A stretch of 64,000 bases of DNA, from positions 42,753 to 106,752 of the forward strand of contig BTVY01000022.1 of NCBI GenBank assembly GCA_045863335.1, written 5' to 3'. The position numbers and the translations under genes are program-made. The notes under the pieces were generated by a model. The model saw only the letters and a list, made by a program, of their open reading frames with translations. It was not told where the DNA came from and did no database searches. Below are positions 30,013 through 38,671 of the stretch, one piece after another (position 1 is the stretch's first letter; each line of letters starts with the position of its first letter). This DNA is from Candidatus Hydrogenedentota bacterium (GTDB lineage Bacteria > Hydrogenedentota > Hydrogenedentia > Hydrogenedentales > SLHB01).

Positions 30013-30146
30013 ACGATTCCTCCTTCCAGCGTTGCGCAGACTATAGTGGACCGCGCAGGTGGGTGCAAGCTTGGATTTCGGCCGTTTGCAGGACGCATTC
30101 ATACCGTGCCAGTATTTCGCAATACGCGTCACTGGGAGATTGAAAC

Positions 30147-30833
30147 GTGCAACGAATTCTCGTCGTCGAAGACGAGCCGGCCATCGCCGACAACATCCGG
30201 TACGCCCTGGAAACCGAAGGTTTCGCGGTCGACTGGTGCGCAACCGGTGAGGAGGCGCTGCAACGCTATCACGAACGCGGAGCGCATCTGGTCGTGCTTG
30301 ACGTGGGGCTGCCAGACTGCAACGGTTTCGATTTGTGCAAGGACATCCGCAAGACGTCCGCCGTTCCCATCATCTTCCTCACGGCCCGCACCGACGAAAT
30401 CGACCGGGTGGTCGGCCTGGAAATCGGCGGCGATGACTACATGGCGAAACCCTTCAGTCCGCGGGAACTCGCCGCACGTGTGCGGGCAGTGCTCCGACGG
30501 GTCCCCGGCGGTGATTCGCAAGCGGAGCCAGGCAAAGCGCAATCGCCCCTCGTCATCGACAAACACAAGGCCAAGGTCTGGTACTTCGGCAAGCCCCTCG
30601 ATCTCTCACGATACGAGTTCCGCATTCTGGAAGCGCTGGCCCAACGGCCCGGCTGGGTGTACTCGCGCGAAAAACTGATGGAACTCGTCTGGGAGGAGCC
30701 GGAATCGGCCATGGACCGCACCGTCGATACCCACGTCAAAACCATCCGCGCCAAACTGCGCGCCGTGCAGCCGGACGTTGATCCCATCCAAACGCACCGC
30801 GGGTTGGGCTACTCGCTGAAGGAGTCCTGGTGA
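30147..30833 (+). CDS. creB: Two-component response regulator CreB
   Basis: ILVVEDEPAIAD..YAL..EGF, LDVGLPD, DYMAKPFSPRE and DRTVDTHVKTIRAKLR...PIQTHRGLGY motifs, adjacent to creC. Confidence 0.9.
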   Translation: MQRILVVEDEPAIADNIRYALETEGFAVDWCATGEEALQRYHERGAHLVVLDVGLPDCNGFDLCKDIRKTSAVPIIFLTARTDEIDRVVGLEIGGDDYMAKPFSPRELAARVRAVLRRVPGGDSQAEPGKAQSPLVIDKHKAKVWYFGKPLDLSRYEFRILEALAQRPGWVYSREKLMELVWEEPESAMDRTVDTHVKTIRAKLRAVQPDVDPIQTHRGLGYSLKESW

Positions 30834-32278
30834 AGATACGCTACCGCTTGTTCGCCGCGCTCTTGGTCATCGTCGGCGTGGGGTTTTACCAGTTGGTCGA
30901 CTGGATTCTCGAGGACCTGCGCCCGCGCTACCTGGAAGCCATGGAAGAAACCATGGTCGACATCTCGACCTTGCTTGCGTCTCTCGCGGAGATCCAGATG
31001 CGCGACGACGCCGTCGATACCACGAACCTCCGCGCCGCCTTCGATGTAGCGCAGAAGCGAGTCTTTTCCGCAAAGATCTACGAAGTCACCAAAACCCACC
31101 TGAACATTCGCGTGTACATCACCGACCGGAACGGCATCGTCGTCTTCGATTCTGACGAAGGCCGCGACGAAGGGAAGGATTACTCGCAATGGATCGACGT
31201 CGCGCGAACGATGCGCGGCGAATACGGCGCCCGGTCCACACGCCTCGACCCGGACGATCCCACCACGTCGATCCTGCATGTGGCGTCTCCGATTCGAGCC
31301 GACGGAGAAATCGTCGGCGTACTCACCGTGGCCAAGCCCGCCGACAGCGTGACGCTGTTCATGGAAGCGGCCCATCGAAAGATCGCCAACGCAGGGTTCG
31401 TGGCCGCGCTGTCCGTATTCTTGCTCATCATGGTGTTCTCCGCGTGGATCACGTCGCCTATCGACAAACTGACACGCTACGCGAAGGCCGTCCGCGACGG
31501 GAAACGTGTCGCGCCGCCGAAACTGGGCCGTAGCGAGATCGGCGATCTCGGCACGGCCTTCGAAGAGATGCGGGTCGCCCTCGAAGGGAAAAGATACGTA
31601 GAGGAGTACGTTCAGACCCTCACGCACGAAATGAAGAGTCCGCTGTCCGCCATCCGCGGTGCGGCGGAGTTGCTCGATGAGGACATGCCCCTCGAAAAGC
31701 GCCGCCCCTTCATCGAGAACATCCGCTCCGAATCGAATCGGATTCAGGGCCTCGTGGACCGTATGCTTCAACTCTCTGCACTGGAAGGGCGGAACGAACT
31801 GCGGGACGTGGACGAAATGGACCTTGTGGAGATCGTCCACGAAGTCGTCAAGAGCCTGCAGCCCGTCGCATCTCAGAAAGAACTGATCATCAATGTCGAA
31901 GCCGACGACGCCATCCGGATTCGCGGCGAGATTTTTCTCGTGCGGCAGGCTATCGTCAATCTGATTCAGAACGCCATCGACTTTTCGCAACAGGCCGGGG
32001 TAATCGACATCCGTCTTTCAGGCCACTGCGACAACGTAAACGTCGCGGTGCGCGACCGCGGACCGGGCATTCCCGCCTACGCCCTGGACAAAGTCTTCGA
32101 CCGTTTCTACTCCCTTCGCCGGCCAGACACCGGCAAGAAGAGCTCCGGACTGGGACTCGTCTTCGTGCGCGAAGTCGCCACGCTTCACGGAGGCGATGTC
32201 ACCCTGCAAAACCATCCCGAAGGCGGCGCCGAAGCGTGTCTGCAATTGCCTCTGGAGCCAGCGCGAAGAACATATTGA
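30830..32278 (+). CDS. creC: Two-component sensor histidine kinase CreC
   Basis: RVYITD..GIVVFDS, DYSQW.DVARTMRGEYGARST, LEGKRYVEEYVQTLTHEMKSPL and FYSL.RPDTGKKSSGLGL motifs. Confidence 0.92.
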   Translation: MKIRYRLFAALLVIVGVGFYQLVDWILEDLRPRYLEAMEETMVDISTLLASLAEIQMRDDAVDTTNLRAAFDVAQKRVFSAKIYEVTKTHLNIRVYITDRNGIVVFDSDEGRDEGKDYSQWIDVARTMRGEYGARSTRLDPDDPTTSILHVASPIRADGEIVGVLTVAKPADSVTLFMEAAHRKIANAGFVAALSVFLLIMVFSAWITSPIDKLTRYAKAVRDGKRVAPPKLGRSEIGDLGTAFEEMRVALEGKRYVEEYVQTLTHEMKSPLSAIRGAAELLDEDMPLEKRRPFIENIRSESNRIQGLVDRMLQLSALEGRNELRDVDEMDLVEIVHEVVKSLQPVASQKELIINVEADDAIRIRGEIFLVRQAIVNLIQNAIDFSQQAGVIDIRLSGHCDNVNVAVRDRGPGIPAYALDKVFDRFYSLRRPDTGKKSSGLGLVFVREVATLHGGDVTLQNHPEGGAEACLQLPLEPARRTY

Positions 32279-32303
32279 TCGGCTTCTCACCCGCTATCCC
32301 CAT

Positions 32304-32395
32304 AATCGGTATCGGGATCGGGATCGGTATCGATATGAGACAGCCAAGGTATTTCCCTTTTCGATTTTGATCCCGATCCCGATAGCGATCCCGAT
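32304..32395. repeat. Family C hexamer inverted array
   Basis: aatcggtatcgggatcgggatcggtatcga ... gatcccgatcccgatagcgatcccgat. Confidence 0.8.
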
Positions 32396-32453
32396 CTTGG
32401 GACAGTTCTTCCTTCTCGCCCTCATGGATAGCGCGACAATTTTCCTCGCCGAT

Positions 32454-32496
32454 TTCACATTCCCTTCAACCGCTCTTCACACACCGAGCCCATAGT
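32454..32496 (+). promoter_or_regulatory. cre-tag-like CreB binding site (three direct repeats) with -10 element
   Basis: TTCAC-attccc-TTCAA-ccgctc-TTCAC (32454-32480), 11-bp period, then CATAGT at 32491-32496. Matches the E. coli cre-tag TTCACn6TTCAC. Confidence 0.75.
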
Positions 32497-32563
32497 ACCC
32501 ACAGATGCAACGAACGATCCGGAAGATTCACGCGAATGGTTCGCGGGAGAGGAGGGCGCCGGT

Positions 32564-34183
32564 ATGAAGCTCATGGTGTTCGTGGCCGCAACTCTGCTTG
32601 CGGCGGTTCCGGGACAGGCACAGGACAACGTGCTCGCCCCCTGGGAGGAACTTAAGACGCTGTATCGCGAAAAGATGGAGCGCGAGTTCGAGGAATCCCT
32701 CGAAAAGGAGCCACAGGTGTACAGCATCGACGAAGCGCGGTACCTCGTCCGCCTGCTGCCAGACAGCGCCGAGATCGACGTGCTCGTGTCCGGACGCTCC
32801 GTGTCCGGCGATCCCGCGCCGATACCGCTTTTCGGAGAAGGCGCGGTGGTTACCAATGTCAGTCAAGTCACCGGCGGCACCATCATGACACCAACCGATC
32901 TCGAAGCCACGGCGATTCTGCCCGAAGGTGAGGGGGTCGCGTTTCAACTCCTGGCCCGGCTGTTAGCCCAGGCGACGGAAGACAAAGGCGAGAAGCGCAT
33001 CAACGTGCCCATTCCACGTGCTCTTCAGAATGCCCTTGAAATTGACGCGCCCGCCGGGCTGCAACTGCTCGAAGCCCAAGGCATCGCCGACGCCGGCGGC
33101 GTATTCCGATTCTCTGCCAACTCCACGCTCCGCCTCCGCTACGTGGACACCGCGCGTCTCGAAGCGGCCACGGTCATTCAGATTGATACCCTCTCCCGCA
33201 TTTCGGCCCAGCGCGGCCGGACCTTCCTGACCACCCATTTCTACCCCGACCGCGCGGTGCCGAAGTCGCTGAACCTTCAGGCGCCGGAGGGTGCAAAGTT
33301 TCTTGCGTCGTCGCTTCGCACGTCTTCGATCCGCGAACTCGGCGGCGGCCGGTATGAATTGATGTTCCCCGAGGAACAGTCCGAGGTCTTCTCCATCGAA
33401 TGGGCTATCGACGTACCCGACGACGGCAAACCGGTCACGCTGCGGCTGCCAACCATTGACGGAAACGGCGGGCAACAAGGCCGCTTCGTCCTGGATGAAC
33501 CTGAGGACGGGCAGGTCACCGCCTCGGCGGAAGGGCTCGTCACGCGAATCCCCATCGAACGCGTGCGGCAAGAGCTGCGTGCAGCCGCGATGGGCGCCCA
33601 GTTCTATGCAACCGTGCCCGCGGAAAACGCTATCACCCTCACGTCCTCCCGCTTCCAGCCCGTGAGCACGCCGACGACCGTACTCGATTCGCAGTATTTC
33701 TTCGTCTCGTTTGAGGAAAACGGCAACGTCCTGTCGGTCTTGGTCCTCGACGTGCCGCCGGACGTGGGACCGCGCCTGGAATTGAAAGCCGTGCCCGGTG
33801 CCGAAATCTGGTCCCTTACCGTAAACGGAGCGAAGAAGAAGGTCTACGGTGGCGACGAGGGCACTTGGATGATCCCCCTCGACGGCGGGCAACCCTCGCA
33901 CGTGGAACTGGCTTTCCTGCAAGAGAAAGAGAAACTCAGCCTACACGGCCGCCTGGAAGCAACCGTACCCGAAACCGGCCTGCCCTCGCAGGAAATCGGC
34001 ATCGGGATCGCCTTACCTGCGCGTGTGGAACTGCTTTCGATAGAAGGCCCGGTTAGCCCGGCACAGGGCGAGCAATGGCCGATCCCCGCCGAGTTCGTGG
34101 GGGCGCGCCACTTCTTCTCCCGCGCCTTCTACAAGGGCGAAGGCATGGCCCTAGCCGTGTCTTACAAAGAGCCGGTCGAGTAG
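32564..34183 (+). CDS. Hypothetical secreted beta-rich protein (CreBC-associated)
   Basis: 539 aa with a signal peptide and GGAGG RBS. First gene after the cre-tag. No family recognised. Confidence 0.75.
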   Translation: MKLMVFVAATLLAAVPGQAQDNVLAPWEELKTLYREKMEREFEESLEKEPQVYSIDEARYLVRLLPDSAEIDVLVSGRSVSGDPAPIPLFGEGAVVTNVSQVTGGTIMTPTDLEATAILPEGEGVAFQLLARLLAQATEDKGEKRINVPIPRALQNALEIDAPAGLQLLEAQGIADAGGVFRFSANSTLRLRYVDTARLEAATVIQIDTLSRISAQRGRTFLTTHFYPDRAVPKSLNLQAPEGAKFLASSLRTSSIRELGGGRYELMFPEEQSEVFSIEWAIDVPDDGKPVTLRLPTIDGNGGQQGRFVLDEPEDGQVTASAEGLVTRIPIERVRQELRAAAMGAQFYATVPAENAITLTSSRFQPVSTPTTVLDSQYFFVSFEENGNVLSVLVLDVPPDVGPRLELKAVPGAEIWSLTVNGAKKKVYGGDEGTWMIPLDGGQPSHVELAFLQEKEKLSLHGRLEATVPETGLPSQEIGIGIALPARVELLSIEGPVSPAQGEQWPIPAEFVGARHFFSRAFYKGEGMALAVSYKEPVE

Positions 34184-34240
34184 ATGCGCTGAAGACTGAG
34201 GCATTTCTGAAGTTGCGGTGCCCTGAAAAGGAGGTTTGGT

Positions 34241-35479
34241 ATGAGTGCACGAAAGATACTTGCGATAGGCGCCATCTTTGCCTTGGCCTGCGTCGGATGG
34301 TGGACACTCGGTGTCACAACGACGATGCGGTCAGAAGAGTTCGGGGGACGGTTGGCCGGTGAAGTGCAAGCGCTGTGGGGCGCTCCGCTCTTGCAGCAGG
34401 CGCCCTCGCTCGCCGTGGAGATTCCCGGGAGCGATCAAGTGCGGTGGTTAATTCCCAAGGAAAACGACATCAAGGTCGCGCTCACTACGGATTACCGCAA
34501 GAAGGGACTCATCTGGTATCCGACTTACGTGTGCAATTTTGATGGCAGCTACACCATCACCAACGACGAGACCGTCGCGCAGAAAGTGCGCATTCACTTT
34601 CAGTTTCCCGCGCAGAACGGCACCTACGATTCCTTCGCCATGACGCTGGATGACAAGCCAATCACATCGCCCATCAACACAACGGAAGGGGTGGGGGAGA
34701 TGATCGAACTGGCACCGGGCCAAAGTGCGACGTTTCATGTCAAATATCTGACCCGCGGCATCCGCGAATGGCGATATGTTCCTGATGTGAACTCGGGGCG
34801 CGTACAGAACTTCGACCTGTCCGTCGCGACGAACTTCCGCGATGTAGACTATCCTGACGGATGCCTCTCGCCCATGTCTGCAGTCCGAAGCGACACGGGC
34901 ATGGATTTGACCTGGACCGCGACCGATCTGATCACGCGCGAAACCATCGGCGTGATCATCCCGGAAAAACTAAACCCCGGCCCGTTGACGTCGCGCATCA
35001 CCTTCTTCGCGCCCGTCTGTCTGCTCTTCTTCTTCGTGCTCGTGGCGACCATCAACATCCTCTACAAGGTCAACATCCACCCTATGCACTACCTCTTCGT
35101 GGCTGCGGGATTCTTCGCCTTCCATCTGCTGCTGGCGTACCTCGTGGGCGTGATCAGCATTCACATCGCCTTTGTCATCTGCGCCATCGTGTCGGTGGGA
35201 CTGGTAACAACTTACTTGTCGGCCGCATTGAAAGGGCAGTTCCCCTGGAAGATCGCCATCGCGGGGCAGGTCTTCTTCCTGGTCCTCTTCTCGTACAGCT
35301 TCTTCCTCGAAGGGATCACCGGGCTGACCGTCGCCATCGGCTCCGTGGTCACGCTCGCCGTGCTGATGAAAGTCACCGCCGACGTGAACTGGGACGAAGT
35401 CTTCGCGAAGAAACCCAAGGTGCCCACGCCGCCGCCACTGACACGCGTGGACCCAAGACCCAGCGGCGAGCCCTCGTAA
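34241..35479 (+). CDS. CreD-like inner membrane protein
   Basis: N-terminal TM, periplasmic domain, then about 6 TMs with IHPMHYLFV..GFFAFHLLLAYL (CreD has HP.QY). Downstream of creBC. Confidence 0.7.
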   Translation: MSARKILAIGAIFALACVGWWTLGVTTTMRSEEFGGRLAGEVQALWGAPLLQQAPSLAVEIPGSDQVRWLIPKENDIKVALTTDYRKKGLIWYPTYVCNFDGSYTITNDETVAQKVRIHFQFPAQNGTYDSFAMTLDDKPITSPINTTEGVGEMIELAPGQSATFHVKYLTRGIREWRYVPDVNSGRVQNFDLSVATNFRDVDYPDGCLSPMSAVRSDTGMDLTWTATDLITRETIGVIIPEKLNPGPLTSRITFFAPVCLLFFFVLVATINILYKVNIHPMHYLFVAAGFFAFHLLLAYLVGVISIHIAFVICAIVSVGLVTTYLSAALKGQFPWKIAIAGQVFFLVLFSYSFFLEGITGLTVAIGSVVTLAVLMKVTADVNWDEVFAKKPKVPTPPPLTRVDPRPSGEPS

Positions 35480-35547
35480 CCTATCGGCACCTCTCCCATC
35501 CAACGGCCGGGCCGGTGTCGCTCCGAGCTACGACACCGGCCCGAACC

Positions 35548-35658
35548 GTCATCCTCGCGAACGCGGGGACTCTTCGTAGACTTACCAGCAACTTCACAAG
35601 ACAAACCCGAACCTACCACAACGTCCCAAACCGTCATCCCCGCGAACGCGGGGATCCA
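35548..35658 (+). repeat. Two direct copies of the GTCATCCCCGCGAACGCGGGGATCC palindrome (family G)
   Basis: gtcatcctcgcgaacgcggggactc (35548-35572) and gtcatccccgcgaacgcggggatcc (35633-35657). Confidence 0.75.
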
Positions 35659-35741
35659 TCTTCTCATCCGTTTGCGATCGCAGTCCAAATGATGAAAAGA
35701 TGAACCCATAAGCAGTCCACCACGGGGGAGTACATCGTCTC

Positions 35742-37670
35742 ATGACCCATACGCACGCAACCCGGCACGGCCTCACCGGCATCCTTCTCGCACTCGTTCT
35801 CTCGTCATCGGCACTCGCCGCGACCGAAGACCTCGGCAATGGATTTCTCCATCACGGCGTCGCCACACCCGTGAGCAATCACCGTGGCACCGTCGCCACC
35901 GTCGATGGCGACGGAAGAAACGTCCTGCTCGTGTGGCTGTTCGACCATCGCGGCGGCTACGCCTTGCTCGCCATCGACGCGGCAACCGGCGACAGCGTGG
36001 AATATCCGGTTCCTTTCCCGCCCGGCGGAGATTGCCCCTACGCGTCGATCCTTTCAAGCAACAACAAGTACTACACGCACTTCAACAGCTACTTCTGCGA
36101 ATTCGACCCCGTGACGCGCGCCTTCACCTTCTTCGAGAAGACGACGCCGCAGATGGCCATGGGAATGACCGAAGACGACAACGGTCATATCTGGTCGGTG
36201 ACCTACCCGAACAGCGGTGTGGTCTCCTTCAACCCCGAGACGCGGGAGTTCACGGATTACGGTGCCGTGTACGATCAGAACTGGAAACAGTACCAGCGCT
36301 ACGTGGCCGCTGACGATACCGGGTGGATCTACTTCGGCATCGGCAGCACGGCCAGCCAGATCATTGCCTTCGATCCGGAAACGCGAAAAGTAATTCCGGT
36401 AATCGCCGAAGACAAGCGGGTCAAAGGCAGCGGTTCGGTATACCGCGACATGAACGGCACGGTGTATGGCCATTCCGGGAGCGGAAGCGACGACGACTGG
36501 TACGCGTTGCACGGCGGTGAGATTGCGCCCATCACGAAACCAGAAACCATTAACGAAAAGCCGATCATTACGGGCAGCCAGTCCCTCTTCCACGCCGAGT
36601 TCCCGGACGGCACGCGGGTCAAGGCCTGCGATCTAGTGGACCGTAAACTCGTAGTGGAAGACCCGAAGTCGAAGGAAACGAAAACCCTCGATTTCGAATA
36701 CAGCAGCGAGGGCGCCCATATCATGGGCATCGCCGTCGCGCCCGATGGGACCATTTGCGGCGGCACGGCCTTCCCCATGCGGTTCTTCAGTTTCGATCCC
36801 AAGGCCGACACGTGGGTAAATCGCGCGACCTACGGACAATGCAATACCGTCGTCCGGCAGGGCGACCGATTCTTCGTGGGAGGCTATGGCGGAGGCTTCC
36901 TGCTGGAGTGGGACCCTTCGCAGGAGTGGGTGGAAACGGTCAAGGGAAACGCCTCGAGCAATCCGTTGTACTTGACCGAATGTTCGCCGACCATTCATCG
37001 CCCCCACGATCTGCTGGCCCATTCCGACGGCAAGACGCTCGTCCTGGCCGGCACGCCGGGATACGGTTACACCGGCGGCGGGCTGCTCTTTTGGGACCGC
37101 GAAACGAAAGAGCAAGTCCTCGTCGAACACACGGATCTGTTGCCGGACCAATCCACGCTCAGTCTCGCGGCCATCGATGACAAGACGATCGTCGGTGGGG
37201 CAACCACGGCGCCCGGCACCGGCGGCGAACAGATCGCCAAGGAGGCGGAACTCTATATCCTGAACCTGGACACCAAGAAAATAGAGTGGCACGAACTAAT
37301 CTTCCCCGGGGCGCAGGGCTACACGGATCTATGCCGTGCGCCGAATGGCCTGATCTACGGCGTCGTCGATCGCACGCGCTTCTTCGTGTTCGATCCCGCA
37401 ACACGAACCGTCATCCACGATCAAGCGCTGGAAGAATCGTTCGGCCCAACGAACTCGCACCAGGGACCCCGCGTATTCGTTCAAAGCCCCGACCCGAAGG
37501 TCTATATGCTCTTCGAGAGAGGTGTCGCCCAAGTCGACACGGAAACCCACGCGATAACATTGCTCGCCGAATCCCCCGTGCCCATCGGCCCCGGCGGCGA
37601 TTACCTCGACGGCCGCATCTATTTCGGCAGCGGTTCGCACTTGTATAGCTACCAAGTCCCGGGGAAGTAA
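35742..37670 (+). CDS. Secreted multi-blade beta-propeller protein
   Basis: Signal peptide and repeated (F/Y)DP.T blades; GTPGYGYTGGGL. Function not assigned. Confidence 0.75.
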   Translation: MTHTHATRHGLTGILLALVLSSSALAATEDLGNGFLHHGVATPVSNHRGTVATVDGDGRNVLLVWLFDHRGGYALLAIDAATGDSVEYPVPFPPGGDCPYASILSSNNKYYTHFNSYFCEFDPVTRAFTFFEKTTPQMAMGMTEDDNGHIWSVTYPNSGVVSFNPETREFTDYGAVYDQNWKQYQRYVAADDTGWIYFGIGSTASQIIAFDPETRKVIPVIAEDKRVKGSGSVYRDMNGTVYGHSGSGSDDDWYALHGGEIAPITKPETINEKPIITGSQSLFHAEFPDGTRVKACDLVDRKLVVEDPKSKETKTLDFEYSSEGAHIMGIAVAPDGTICGGTAFPMRFFSFDPKADTWVNRATYGQCNTVVRQGDRFFVGGYGGGFLLEWDPSQEWVETVKGNASSNPLYLTECSPTIHRPHDLLAHSDGKTLVLAGTPGYGYTGGGLLFWDRETKEQVLVEHTDLLPDQSTLSLAAIDDKTIVGGATTAPGTGGEQIAKEAELYILNLDTKKIEWHELIFPGAQGYTDLCRAPNGLIYGVVDRTRFFVFDPATRTVIHDQALEESFGPTNSHQGPRVFVQSPDPKVYMLFERGVAQVDTETHAITLLAESPVPIGPGGDYLDGRIYFGSGSHLYSYQVPGK

Positions 37671-37681
37671 TCGGCAAATCG

Positions 37682-38671
37682 TCAGGGCAGTTCCAGTTCC
37701 GGCCAATGCTTGCGCACTTCGTCTACGGTCGGCAGGGAGGGAATCGCGCCGAGCCGCGTCGCGGTAAGGGCCGCGCAGCAATTCGCGAATTCGAGCGCGC
37801 GACGGAACGCCTCCATTTCAATGTCGGTCTCGCGGTTCAGATCCGGGTACGCCCGGAGCAACCCGGCGATTGTGCCGGACATGAGCGCGTCGCCGCAGCC
37901 GGTCGTGTCTTTCACTTGGACGGCCCGCTCGGCGATGTCGAACGTTTCGCCGTTCAGCCAGCCCGTCACCCCATCCCCGCCGCGCGTGACCACGATGCAA
38001 CGCGGTCCCTGCTTGGCCAGCCTCGCGCACCCGTCCGCGATGTCGCCGGTGCCGCTCAGTCGTTTCATCTCGTCGTGCGAGACTTTCAAGAGCGTGACCT
38101 GCGGCAGCGGTTCGCCCATGCGGTGATTCGCCAACTCTTCATCCGGCCACAGGGCCGCGCGGTAATTCGGGTCGTAGGTAACGAAGAGGCCGCGCTCCCT
38201 GGCGAAGGCAAGCAACGCACGCGTCGTATCCGCTGCGGGTGGAGCGACGAGTGACAGCGATCCGAAATGAAAGACGCGCGCGTCTTCCAACACAGACAAG
38301 TCAACATCGGAAAACCGCAACGACAAATCCGCGCCGGGATGCCGGTAAAACGAGAAATCCGGAACGCCCTTCTCGTCCAGCGCCACAAACGCCAACGTAG
38401 TCGGCTGCTCGCCGGACTCCGCGAGCGAGCGTACATCCACCTCCTGCTCTTCGAGCGTCCCACGGAGGAGCCGTCCGAAGGCGTCATTGCCGACCATGCC
38501 AATGAACCCGCTGGCCACGCCGAGCCGCCGCACACCCACGGCGACGTTGGCTGGCGCGCCGCCTGCTTTTGGCGTGAAGTGCTCCGCGTTCTCCAGATGT
38601 TTCACGCGCGGCGACGCCATAAAATCGATGAGCAGTTCTCCCATCGTGACAACCTGCGGCCCGGCGTTCAT
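37682..38671 (-). CDS. PfkB-family carbohydrate kinase (fructokinase-like)
   Basis: GELLIDF, GGAPANVA, VGNDAFG, YDPNYR..LW and DTTGCGDA motifs. Confidence 0.92.
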   Translation of the reverse strand: MNAGPQVVTMGELLIDFMASPRVKHLENAEHFTPKAGGAPANVAVGVRRLGVASGFIGMVGNDAFGRLLRGTLEEQEVDVRSLAESGEQPTTLAFVALDEKGVPDFSFYRHPGADLSLRFSDVDLSVLEDARVFHFGSLSLVAPPAADTTRALLAFARERGLFVTYDPNYRAALWPDEELANHRMGEPLPQVTLLKVSHDEMKRLSGTGDIADGCARLAKQGPRCIVVTRGGDGVTGWLNGETFDIAERAVQVKDTTGCGDALMSGTIAGLLRAYPDLNRETDIEMEAFRRALEFANCCAALTATRLGAIPSLPTVDEVRKHWPELELP

